Below are positions 17,396-25,683 of a stretch of 25,683 nt of DNA, in pieces. The position numbers and the translations under genes are program-made. Source of the stretch: Elusimicrobiota bacterium (GTDB taxonomy: Bacteria; Elusimicrobiota; Elusimicrobia; UBA1565; JACRDR01); contig JBGFSC010000013.1 in the NCBI GenBank assembly GCA_041694815.1, positions 1 through 25,683 of the forward strand, given 5' to 3'. The notes beneath the pieces are model-generated. The model did not search any database. It saw only the letters and a program-made list of their open reading frames with translations, and was not told where the DNA came from. Each line of letters opens with the position of its first letter. Within the stretch, counting starts at the first letter, position 1.

Positions 17396-18508
17396 TCAGC
17401 GCAGCATCAGGGGCGAGTCGTTGCGGACTTCGATCGCCTTCCAGGTGTAGCGGTTGGAGGGGTTCCAAAGTATCCAGCTCTCGATCCCCTCGCGGCGCGC
17501 CGCCAGCACCTGGGCCCGCACCTCCGGCTGGCCGTAGCGGTGGCCCAGCGAGAAATCCTGGAGGTAGGGGCGCAGCTTGTAGGCGTTGCCGCGCAGGCGG
17601 GCCTTGGCGTCGCGCAAGCCCCGGTGGATCACCTTGTAAGGCTCCCGGTTGGGGTTGGCAAGGCCGTATTCGCCGCGCGCGTAATGGGAGGGGTACATCA
17701 TCGGGCTGATGAAGTCGGGGATCTCGGCCATGTCGGCGATCTGCTGGCCGATGCCCATGTCGTCCTTGGCCGTCGTCGTCATGCCGAACACCGCGACCGA
17801 GAAGGGAACGCCCATGGGCGAGAGCCTCTCGCGCGCGTAGCGCAGGAAGGCGGCCAGGTTCTCCACGGCGGTCTTCTTGCTGTGGTCGGCCCGGATGAAC
17901 CGGCAAGTCGTGGTGTCGCCGTCGGAAGGGAAGCGCACGTAGTCGAACTGTATCTCATCGAAGCCGAGCGCGGCCGCGCGCGAGGCGACGTCGAGATTGT
18001 ACTCCCATATTTCGCGGCGATAAGGGTCGACCCAGGCGACGCCCTTCGTATTCCTCCATACGCCGCCGTCGGGGGTGCGCACGGCCCATTCCGGCCGCTT
18101 GCTCGGCAGGAGATCATCCTTGAAGAGCACCACGCGAGCAATGCTGTGCAGGCCCTTGGCCTTGAAATCGCGCAGCATGGACTCGGGATCGGGTATGGCG
18201 ATTTGGACGGTCCCCAGGCGCCGCGCGGACTCCACGCCTGGGATGTAGACCCAGCCTTCTATCTCCTTGACCGGGACGACGACGGCATTGAGCACGGTGT
18301 CGCTCATCTCCTCCAGGAAGCGTCGCCGCGCCAACGGCGCTCCGGCCGCCCAGGCGCTCAAATGCACGCCGCGGACGGGCTTGTAGTCGGCCGGGGTGAG
18401 CAGCACGGACTCGGTCGACACCTTCACGGCGGTGGCGGTCGAGAAGGCCGGCTCCTGGCACGACAGCCTCAAGGCCGGCATCATTAAAAGCATCAGGGCG
18501 GCTTTCAT
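17396..18508 (-). CDS. Exported putative glycoside hydrolase (DUF4015 family)
   Basis: ARVVLFKD, WVDPY…WEYN, GFDEIQFDYVRFPSDG, SPMMYPSHY, RPYLQDF, LWNPSNRY. Start 18508 preferred because TGcTACCTT abuts ATG 18517. Confidence 0.88.
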   Translation of the reverse strand: MKAALMLLMMPALRLSCQEPAFSTATAVKVSTESVLLTPADYKPVRGVHLSAWAAGAPLARRRFLEEMSDTVLNAVVVPVKEIEGWVYIPGVESARRLGTVQIAIPDPESMLRDFKAKGLHSIARVVLFKDDLLPSKRPEWAVRTPDGGVWRNTKGVAWVDPYRREIWEYNLDVASRAAALGFDEIQFDYVRFPSDGDTTTCRFIRADHSKKTAVENLAAFLRYARERLSPMGVPFSVAVFGMTTTAKDDMGIGQQIADMAEIPDFISPMMYPSHYARGEYGLANPNREPYKVIHRGLRDAKARLRGNAYKLRPYLQDFSLGHRYGQPEVRAQVLAARREGIESWILWNPSNRYTWKAIEVRNDSPLMLR

Positions 18509-18556
18509 GCACGGCATAAGGTAGCAGTTTTTTTGCTAGACTCGCTTGTCCGAAGC

Positions 18557-19990
18557 ATGAAGACGCCCCTTCGCCTCCTCTGCTTCTTCACGCTTTGCGC
18601 CCTCCTGGGCGCCCTGGCGACGACGGCGCTCTGCGGGCCTTCCCCTACAAAGCCGTCTCAGCCGCCGCCATCAGCGCAAACGACGGAGACCAACAGCGTC
18701 GCCCTCGAGCTCGAGCGCCTGCGCTCGAGCTCGAGCACGACTCTCGGCCAGCGCCTAAAATCCGTCCTGGGCCTGGGACTGCTGCTCGGGCTCTGCTGGC
18801 TCTTAAGCGACAATCGCTGGCGCGTCGATTGGCGGCTCGTGGCTTGGGGGCTCGGCCTGCAATTCGCCTTCGGGGTGCTTGTGCTTAAGACGGGGCCGGG
18901 GCTTTGGTTCTTCTCACGCCTCAACGACGGGACGATGGCCCTCTTGGGATTCACGAAGGAAGGCTCGGACTTCCTCTTCCGCTCCTTCTCGACCGGGGCC
19001 GTCGATCGGAGCCTCGTCAACTTCACCTTCCATGTCCTGCCGACCATCATCTTCTTCTCCTCCCTCATGACGGTGGGCTACCACCTGGGGTTGATGCAGA
19101 AGATCGTCCATCTCTTCGCGGCCGCCATGCACAAGACGATGCGGTGCTCGGGGGCCGAGACCCTCTCGACGGCGGCCAATATCTTCGTGGGCCAGACGGA
19201 GGCCCCGTTGGTGGTCAAGCCCTTCATTAACGAGATGACCCGCTCGGAGCTTTTGGCCGTCATGGTCGGCGGCTTCGCCAACACCGCCGGCGGTGTGCTG
19301 GCCGCCTACGTCAGCATCCTGCATCCCTATTTCCCGGACATCGCCGGCCACTTGATCGCGCAATCGGTGATGTCAGCCCCCGCCGCGCTCGCCTGCGCTA
19401 AGATCGCGATGCCCGAAACGGACAGCCCCAAGACCTCAGGGCAGGTGCGGATACCCGAGGCGCGGCCCGACGCCAATCTCATCGACGCCGCCTCGCGGGG
19501 CGCCACCGAGGGCCTACAGCTGGCCTTCAATGTCGCCGCGATGCTGCTGGCCTTCATCGCTCTCATCGCGATGGCCAACGCGCTCTTGGGCTGGAGCCTG
19601 GCCCAACTGGGGATGCCGGGAGTTACGCTGGAGAGGGTGCTGGGCCTGGCCTGCTGGCCTTTGGCATGGGCGATGGGGGTGCCCGTCCAGGACTGCGCCG
19701 CCGTCGGCCAGCTTTTGGGCGTCAAGACCGTGGTCAACGAGTTCGTCGCCTACCTTCAGATGGCCGATATGCTCAAGGCCGGACGCCTCTCCTATCGCTC
19801 GGTCGTCATCGCCAGCTACGCCCTCTCGGGGTTCGCGAATTTCTCCTCGATCGCCATCCAGATCGGCGGCATCTCGGCCATCGCCCCCGCCCGCCGGCAG
19901 GACCTGGCCCGATTGGGACTTAAGGCCATGATCGTCGGCGCCATCGCCACCTTCATGACCGCGGCCATCGCGGGAATCCTGGTCGGCTAG
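18557..19990 (+). CDS. nupC: Concentrative nucleoside transporter (NupC/CNT family)
   Basis: VLPTIIFFSSL, ANIFVGQTEAPL, KTVVNEFVAY, YALSGFANFSSIAIQIGG; many TM segments. Confidence 0.93.
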   Translation: MKTPLRLLCFFTLCALLGALATTALCGPSPTKPSQPPPSAQTTETNSVALELERLRSSSSTTLGQRLKSVLGLGLLLGLCWLLSDNRWRVDWRLVAWGLGLQFAFGVLVLKTGPGLWFFSRLNDGTMALLGFTKEGSDFLFRSFSTGAVDRSLVNFTFHVLPTIIFFSSLMTVGYHLGLMQKIVHLFAAAMHKTMRCSGAETLSTAANIFVGQTEAPLVVKPFINEMTRSELLAVMVGGFANTAGGVLAAYVSILHPYFPDIAGHLIAQSVMSAPAALACAKIAMPETDSPKTSGQVRIPEARPDANLIDAASRGATEGLQLAFNVAAMLLAFIALIAMANALLGWSLAQLGMPGVTLERVLGLACWPLAWAMGVPVQDCAAVGQLLGVKTVVNEFVAYLQMADMLKAGRLSYRSVVIASYALSGFANFSSIAIQIGGISAIAPARRQDLARLGLKAMIVGAIATFMTAAIAGILVG

Positions 19991-20100
19991 GCTCGTCCCT
20001 AAGGACAAAAGACCCATCCTCGGTAGGCCCAAAACGACGGCCAGGCTTGGGACCTTTGGCACTCGCGATGCCGCTCCTTTTCCCTAATATTACTTGGGGT

Positions 20101-21390
20101 ATGCAGGCCATCCTGCTTGCTTTATCGTTATTGATCTGGGTGCAGCCCTCGGTTGCCGCGCAAAACTCCGGGCTGCTGGAGAAACTCGATTTTCGAAAAG
20201 CAAAGGCCGAGACCATCATCGAACAAAAGTGCTCCGGTTCGTACCTAACATCTCTTTCGATAAGCGCTGACGGGCTAAAGATAGCCTTATACGGCGCCCT
20301 CGAAGGCGGCGCATCTATCTTATCGAGCGAGAGCGGCACCCCCATTGCCGGTTGGCGAGGCGGGGGGCAAATCATGATCGCTTCTTTCAGCCCTGACGGC
20401 ACAAAATTTGCCGGAGTGACCGACGCATGGACGAGCAACCGCTTGATCGTCCAGGATCTAAGAACGCGGGAGCTCAAGGAAATAGGGGCTCCCGGCCATT
20501 CTATTTTTTCATTCGCATTCAGCCGCGACGGCTCTAAAATAATGACCAGCAGCTTCGATCACTATAATTCGACCGGCTCGAACTCGACCGACTCACATAA
20601 AATCCATGTTTGGGAAACGCAGACAGGAAAGCATCTGCTAACGCTGACCAAATTCCAAAACGGCCTCGCTGACGCGAACGCAGACCCGGCTGGCTCGCAA
20701 ATCAATCTTCTAGACTGGGACTTACCTATCGCCTTCCAGTCTCGCAGCTCGAAAATTCAGGTATTAGGCGAGCGCTCTTATTTCGGATCCGATATTTTGG
20801 CGAATGGTGCCTCCTTAAGCCCGGATAAGACGAAACTCGCGACCTTCTACTCGAATACAGTGACGATCTGGGATGTAGCCACGGGACGCGCCTTGAAGGC
20901 ATTGCAACATCCCAAAGGGCAGCATGTCTATAATCCGGTAAAGACGGCCTCGTTTAGCCGCGATGGATCGCGGCTTGTCACGGCTGATGAAAAGGGAACC
21001 GCCGTCCTATGGAACCTGCAAAATGCATTGAAGCCCCATCGCGCTTTCCAAGGCCAAGGATATATCCATTCGGCGCTATTCGGCCCGAACGATTCCACGG
21101 TGATTTTGGGATATTTCGATAAATCGATCGTTTGGGACATCGAGAGCGATATCGTTATCTCGACGATCGAAAGCCGTTCTCATGACCTACTTCTTAAGCC
21201 GGATAAGGGCCGCGTGCTGAGCATAGCCGACGAGGGCGATCCCAAGTCCACGATGACGACGGTGGTCAAGATATGGAACGTCGGCCCTACCGCTCAGGAA
21301 CTTGAAGACGCCCGCCGGCTCCTAAACAACCGAGCCGTGCTGCCCGCCTTCGACGGCGAAACCGCAGCCGAGCGCTTCAAGCTACAATGA
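20101..21390 (+). CDS. Exported divergent WD40 repeat protein with C-terminal ETAAERFKLQ tail
   Basis: Signal peptide MQAILLALSLLIWVQPSVAA; FSPDG/FSRDG and IWD/VWE repeats. Confidence 0.85.
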   Translation: MQAILLALSLLIWVQPSVAAQNSGLLEKLDFRKAKAETIIEQKCSGSYLTSLSISADGLKIALYGALEGGASILSSESGTPIAGWRGGGQIMIASFSPDGTKFAGVTDAWTSNRLIVQDLRTRELKEIGAPGHSIFSFAFSRDGSKIMTSSFDHYNSTGSNSTDSHKIHVWETQTGKHLLTLTKFQNGLADANADPAGSQINLLDWDLPIAFQSRSSKIQVLGERSYFGSDILANGASLSPDKTKLATFYSNTVTIWDVATGRALKALQHPKGQHVYNPVKTASFSRDGSRLVTADEKGTAVLWNLQNALKPHRAFQGQGYIHSALFGPNDSTVILGYFDKSIVWDIESDIVISTIESRSHDLLLKPDKGRVLSIADEGDPKSTMTTVVKIWNVGPTAQELEDARRLLNNRAVLPAFDGETAAERFKLQ

Positions 21391-22007
21391 TGCATATCGC
21401 CCTCCTCGCCGTTCTTGGATTTTGCGGCAGCGCCTATCCCGCGGACTCGCCGGAGTCGCAGAAAGCCGAATCTGACGCGCCTTTTGAGGCTGTCGCTCAA
21501 CGTGAGGGGAAGGGGGTCGCGCTGCCCGCCGCTGCCGCGAAAAAGCCGACCGTTGCGCCGGCGCCACAGGCAAACGCGAATCTAGCCGCCCCCCAGCCTC
21601 CGACGCCGAAATACTGGGAAGAGCGCTGGCGCGCGAGCGGCGGTGGTTGGGGTTTTCTGGTCTCCATTGTCGGTTCTCAACTGGCATACTGGACCTTTGT
21701 TATTTTAAATAGCCTTGATCACATCATCCGCGATCCGTTTTTACTCGTTCCTATTATCGGATTAGGCGTCATGATCCTCGCCTGCGGCGGTATGGGAGTA
21801 GCCGCCGGAGAATCGATAGGCGGATCCCTGGGCCGCGAGAGGGATCGGGAAGAACGAGCAGCCTACAAGAAGGCGTTGCGCGCTTACAAGAAGCAGGAAG
21901 CGGCAAAGAAAAAAGAAGAGCTGAAACGCAAGCTCGCCGCTCCCGCCGTCCCGGTCGATGAAGAGTCCGTCGACGACTCCGCCGAAGACCGGTTCAAGCT
22001 CCAATGA
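21387..22007 (+). CDS. Signal-peptide protein with Gly-rich hydrophobic hairpin, coiled coil and DDSAEDRFKLQ tail (paralogue 1)
   Basis: ATGA overlaps at both ends; clear paralogy with 22004-22621, with mostly synonymous changes. Confidence 0.85.
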   Translation: MMHIALLAVLGFCGSAYPADSPESQKAESDAPFEAVAQREGKGVALPAAAAKKPTVAPAPQANANLAAPQPPTPKYWEERWRASGGGWGFLVSIVGSQLAYWTFVILNSLDHIIRDPFLLVPIIGLGVMILACGGMGVAAGESIGGSLGRERDREERAAYKKALRAYKKQEAAKKKEELKRKLAAPAVPVDEESVDDSAEDRFKLQ

Positions 22008-22618
22008 GCCTCATCTACCTCATCGCTTTTTCGTTCTTCTGCGGGCACGCTCATTCGGAGGGCTCACCGGAGTCGCGGAAGGCCGAGTCGGACGCGCCGT
22101 TCGAGGCCGTCGCCCCAAAAAGCGACGATGGGCTCGTTCTGCCCTTAGCCCTTGCTCAAACACCGGCCGGAACGCCGGCGCCCGCGTCGGCCGGCTCGTC
22201 CGCCCCCCAGCCCCCGGCACCAAAGTTCTGGGAGAATCGCTTGGAAAAGAAGGGCAAGGATTTGGGCGCTCTCATCGGCATCCTCGGTCTCGAACTGCCA
22301 CTGGCCGCCGGTTTTATTTCCAGCAATAGCCTTGAAACGATTCTGTCTCTTCCCGGGATAACGGTTTTGGCGAGTTTCCTATTCCTTGGCCTTGTGGGCG
22401 GCGCGATTATCGGAACTGTCGCCGGAGGAGCCCAGGGCAAATCCATGGGACGCAAGAAGGATCTCGAAGAGCGGATAGTCTACAAGAAGGCGTTGCGCGC
22501 CTATAAAAAGCAGCAAGCGGCCAAGAAGAAAGAAGAATTATTGCGCAAGCTCGCCGCCCCCGCCGTCCCGATCGAGGAAGAGTCCGTCGACGACTCCGCC
22601 GAGGACCGGTTCAAGCTC
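21864..22618 (+). repeat. 138-bp imperfect direct repeat (21864-22001 and 22481-22618)
   Basis: Hand alignment: 16 of 138 nt differ and 42 of 46 amino acids are identical. Confidence 0.92.
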
Positions 22619-22621
22619 TAA
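22004..22621 (+). CDS. Signal-peptide protein with Gly-rich hydrophobic hairpin, coiled coil and DDSAEDRFKL tail (paralogue 2)
   Basis: ATGA overlap with the upstream paralogue; same architecture. Confidence 0.85.
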   Translation: MSLIYLIAFSFFCGHAHSEGSPESRKAESDAPFEAVAPKSDDGLVLPLALAQTPAGTPAPASAGSSAPQPPAPKFWENRLEKKGKDLGALIGILGLELPLAAGFISSNSLETILSLPGITVLASFLFLGLVGGAIIGTVAGGAQGKSMGRKKDLEERIVYKKALRAYKKQQAAKKKEELLRKLAAPAVPIEEESVDDSAEDRFKL

Positions 22622-22714
22622 TCGCCCCGACAACATTCTAGGCCTCTAGTCCCACGCGTTTTTTCCCCGGACGGCCCGCGCTTGTCGATATTGATTTAGG
22701 TCATACTGCTGCCC

Positions 22715-25135
22715 ATGATCCGAACCCTGCGCCTTTTCCTGGTTTTATGCCTGCTCGCGCCCAGCGCTCCGAAGGCATCCGATCGCCAACAGACGCTCGC
22801 GGAGATCTGGACGGATTTAAAGGCCGTTCAAAGGCGGCTGGAGGCCGTAGGCCTGCACTCCTCTAGGGCATCCGAGCTCACCGAAGAGCAGCTCCAATGG
22901 ATCCAGGCGCGGCATCCGCTGGAAAGCCATGATCTGCACTCCATCGTCATGGGCCACCCGCGCGGGCTTATCCTGAGGGCCCAAGAAAGCTCGTCCGACG
23001 TCCACTACCTCGGGAAATTAAAGGAATGTCTACAGCTGGCCGACGAGATATCCTCTCTGCTAAGCCCGAAGCTGCAAAAGGAGGTGCAGGCGGCGCTTTC
23101 TCAGGTCCGCGCCAAGCTGACCCAAGCCCGCGGCGAGTCGTTTACGGATACCATCCGTTCCCAGCAGCGGGACTGGCAGATCAGCAACAACGGAGAGAAT
23201 GATCCCTTCACGGGCGGGCAGGGGAACCCCCGGCCCGACTCCAGCGGCGAGATCGTCCCCTTCGCCAATAATCCCCAGAAAGCGCTGCCGCCTCCCCCTC
23301 CTCCCCGAATCCCGACACCGACCTTGGACCTGCTCTCGGTGGACCTGACCGCCTTGGCCAAGGAAGGCAAGATGGACCCGGTGCAAGGCCGAGAGAAGGA
23401 GATGGAACAGCTCATGGAGGTGCTGCTGCGCAAGGGCAAGCCGAACGCGGTCTTGGTCGGCGAGCCCGGCGTGGGCAAGACGGCCATCGTAGAAGGGCTG
23501 GCCCAGAAAATCGCCGCCGGCAAGGCCCCGGCCGCGCTGGGCAACCTGCGCATCGTGCGCTTCGACGTGGGCTCGCTTATCGCCGGGACCAAGTACCGCG
23601 GCGAGTTCGAGGAAAGGCTTCAGAAGGTGCTCCAGGAGCTCAAATCCGCCAAGGACGTGGTCCTGTTCATCGACGAGCTGCACACGGTCATCGGGGCCGG
23701 CGCCGCCGAGGGCGCCGTCGACATGTCCAACCTGCTCAAGCCCGCGCTCGCGCGCGGCGAGATCCGCGTCATCGGCGCGACCACCGTCGACGAGTACCAG
23801 CGCATCATCCAGTCCGACGGGGCCTTCGAGCGGCGCATGGAGAAGGTGATGGTGCTCGCCCCCTCGGCCCAGGAGACGCTCGAGATACTCAAGGCCATAC
23901 GCCCCAACTACGAGAAGTTCCACAAGGTGCAGTTCAGCGACGAGGCCTTGGAGGCGATCGTCGGGCTCGCGCCGCGCTACATGCCCTACCGACAGCTTCC
24001 CGACAGCGCCATCGACATACTCGACAAGTCCGGCAGCCGCGCGCGCCTTAAGAACGCCGAGAAGGTCGGCCAGGAGGACATCCGCTCGATGGTGGCCTCG
24101 ATGACCGGCATCCCCTTGGAGCGTCTGAGCTCCAACGAGCAGGAGCGCCTGCTCAAGATCGAGGAGTTCCTGCGCAAGCGCGTCAAGGGCCAGGAGGAGG
24201 CCCTGGCGACGGTCGGCGAGGCCGTGCGCCAAGCCTACGCGGGGCTTAAGATCGACAACGGCCCCTTGGCCACGCTGATGTTCGTCGGCCCCACCGGCGT
24301 GGGCAAGACCGAGCTCGCCAAGGCCCTGGCGGAGTTTCTCTTCGGCGACGAGAAGGCCTTGATCCGCCGGGACATGACCGAGTTCCAGGAAAGCCACGAC
24401 AAGAGCAAGCTCATCGGCTCGCCCCCCGGATACGTGGGCCATGACGAGACCCCCTGGACCGAGGAGATCCGCAACAAGCCCTACAGCGTCATCCTGCTCG
24501 ATGAGATCGACAAGGCGCACCCCGACATACTCAAGCTGCTGCTGCCCATGCTCGACGACGGGCGGCTCACCGACAGCAAGGGCCGCACGGCGGATTTCAA
24601 GAACGCCATCGTCATCATGACCTCCAACCACTTGAGCCGCAAGTTCTTCGACGACGCCTCCAAGCCGCGCCTCGGCTTCAGGAAGGACGGCGACGCACGT
24701 CAGACCCCGACGCTTAAGACCCGCAAGGAGGAGGTGCTCGCCAGCCTGCGCCAGGTGCTGCCCCCCGAGTTCTTCAACCGCATCTCGGTCTCGCTGTTTA
24801 ACCCCCTGGACCGCCCGACCCTCAACGAGATATTCGACGGCATGATGGCGAAGGTCGAGCAGAACCTCAAGGCCAACCAGCTGAGCCTGGAACTGAGTCC
24901 CGAGGCGCGCGCCTTCTTATTGGAAAAGGGCTACGACCCGCAACTGGGCGCTCGGCCGATGAGGCGCGCGATCCAGAATTATCTCTTCGGCCCTTTATCC
25001 AGGAAGATGCTCGGAAAACACTCGCAGCGCCTCGTCGCCAAGCTCGCGCCCGACGGCGCCGGGCTAGTCATCGAGGACGCCGACGCCCCCCTCGCGAAAG
25101 CGGAAGACGGCAAAAGCAAAGGGCCTGCGTCGTAA
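22715..25135 (+). CDS. ClpA/ClpC-type double AAA+ ATPase with atypical signal-peptide-bearing N-terminus
   Basis: NBD1 [25 protein letters not shown]2 [28 protein letters not shown] loop present; no ClpB middle domain. Confidence 0.93.
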   Translation: MIRTLRLFLVLCLLAPSAPKASDRQQTLAEIWTDLKAVQRRLEAVGLHSSRASELTEEQLQWIQARHPLESHDLHSIVMGHPRGLILRAQESSSDVHYLGKLKECLQLADEISSLLSPKLQKEVQAALSQVRAKLTQARGESFTDTIRSQQRDWQISNNGENDPFTGGQGNPRPDSSGEIVPFANNPQKALPPPPPPRIPTPTLDLLSVDLTALAKEGKMDPVQGREKEMEQLMEVLLRKGKPNAVLVGEPGVGKTAIVEGLAQKIAAGKAPAALGNLRIVRFDVGSLIAGTKYRGEFEERLQKVLQELKSAKDVVLFIDELHTVIGAGAAEGAVDMSNLLKPALARGEIRVIGATTVDEYQRIIQSDGAFERRMEKVMVLAPSAQETLEILKAIRPNYEKFHKVQFSDEALEAIVGLAPRYMPYRQLPDSAIDILDKSGSRARLKNAEKVGQEDIRSMVASMTGIPLERLSSNEQERLLKIEEFLRKRVKGQEEALATVGEAVRQAYAGLKIDNGPLATLMFVGPTGVGKTELAKALAEFLFGDEKALIRRDMTEFQESHDKSKLIGSPPGYVGHDETPWTEEIRNKPYSVILLDEIDKAHPDILKLLLPMLDDGRLTDSKGRTADFKNAIVIMTSNHLSRKFFDDASKPRLGFRKDGDARQTPTLKTRKEEVLASLRQVLPPEFFNRISVSLFNPLDRPTLNEIFDGMMAKVEQNLKANQLSLELSPEARAFLLEKGYDPQLGARPMRRAIQNYLFGPLSRKMLGKHSQRLVAKLAPDGAGLVIEDADAPLAKAEDGKSKGPAS

Positions 25136-25146
25136 CGCAGGCCCTT
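25119..25146. terminator. Intrinsic terminator hairpin between convergent genes
   Basis: AAGGGCCTGCGT-CGTA-ACGCAGGCCCTT perfect 12-bp stem; T-rich tail on the minus strand. Confidence 0.8.
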
Positions 25147-25168
25147 GATCGGCGACGGCTTGCTTCAG

Positions 25169-25459
25169 TTAAACGTGCTGCGGCTCCCGGCGGTGCCCGT
25201 TGGAATGAGGCCGGGCCTCGCGATAAGCCTCCTGACCTGCTTTCAGCGCCGCGCTTAGCTGCTCCCGTTTCTCCGGGATGATTTCCCGCGCGCGCGCCAA
25301 CAGCTCCTTCGTTTCCTCGCGCTTGTCTTTAAGCCAATCCTTGAGCTCCCGCCGCGTCTCGCGCCCTTCCTTCGGCGCGAAGAGCACCCCCAATATCACT
25401 CCGATCGCCGCTCCCCCAAGGAAGAAGGGAAGGGCGCTTCCCGCTCGATTTTCCGCCAT
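25169..25459 (-). CDS. YtxH domain protein
   Basis: FFLGGAAIGVILGVLFAPKEGRETR signature; AGGGGG RBS. Confidence 0.92.
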   Translation of the reverse strand: MAENRAGSALPFFLGGAAIGVILGVLFAPKEGRETRRELKDWLKDKREETKELLARAREIIPEKREQLSAALKAGQEAYREARPHSNGHRREPQHV

Positions 25460-25519
25460 ACGGACCCCCTGATCTCGATCTCGTCGCGCTCGCGACGTCC
25501 TGCAGTGGTTGGACGCTCA

Positions 25520-25548
25520 TTTATAGCCCTCGGAATTCGTTTTGTCAA
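25520..25548 (-). promoter_or_regulatory. Near-consensus sigma70 promoter of the YtxH gene
   Basis: TTGACA-17 bp-TATAAA. Confidence 0.8.
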
Positions 25549-25563
25549 GGACGTTTTTTGGAC

Positions 25564-25683
25564 TGTCGCGCGAGAATTAATATGTCCTGTTTAGCGAGAA
25601 TAGAAATGTCCGGTTTTGGGTTACCCTGTTCCTCTGAAAACGGAGGGACGATCCAGAATGGACGAGGTCATCAAGATGAGCAA
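25564..25683 (+). mobile_element. Probable left end of an IS1202/IS481-like (ISNCY) insertion sequence, with transposase start at ATG 25658, truncated by the window
   Basis: Terminal TGT; two 18-bp subterminal direct repeats GCGAGAATTAATATGTCC / GCGAGAATAGAAATGTCC; GGAGGG RBS; ORF start MDEVIKMS. Confidence 0.55.

Noticed and set aside
21864..22618. Diversity-generating retroelement TR/VR pair
   Set aside because: Differences are mostly synonymous and not adenine-specific, both copies are coding, and no reverse transcriptase is present.
23060..24631. 523-aa antisense ORF (likewise 17204-18487, 5856-6542, 15214-15906)
   Set aside because: Shadow ORFs opposite well-supported genes, mostly explained by GC3-biased codon usage.
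22715..25135. T6SS ClpV or housekeeping ClpB
   Set aside because: No T6SS genes in the window, no Clp_N domain, no M-domain, and an LGF loop is present.

Overview
Bacterial window, diderm (it has a lipid A acyltransferase and an outer-membrane barrel). The gene content is reminiscent of Elusimicrobiota, but that is inference. It has five parts. (1) 333-6472, visibly lower GC: an operon of an FN3 surface protein with a gliding-motility/T9SS-type C-terminal domain, a PorV/UPF0164-like barrel fused to TPR and LysM, and a HAMP histidine kinase with a receiver, followed by a convergent FlgO/CsgG-like gene. (2) About 6600-11300: a probable integrative element with an intact XerD-like tyrosine recombinase at the end of a coupled string of small hypothetical genes, a broken gene, two paralogous HTH-like proteins and a perfect (CAGCTCC)14 repeat. 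(3) 11640-19990, GC-rich and housekeeping-like: DUF488 remnant, methyltransferase, GNAT, DEAD-box helicase, acyltransferase, WD40 lipoprotein, DUF4015, NupC. (4) 20101-25135, the most interesting part: three coupled signal-peptide genes that all end in the same acidic-RFKL(Q) tail (two are paralogues with conserved ends and a variable glycine-rich hydrophobic core), followed by a ClpA/C-type double-AAA+ unfoldase with an apparent signal peptide; both units have a similar palindromic upstream box. (5) A YtxH-domain gene and the probable left end of an IS1202/IS481-like insertion sequence at the window edge. All calls are by eye; no searches were run.
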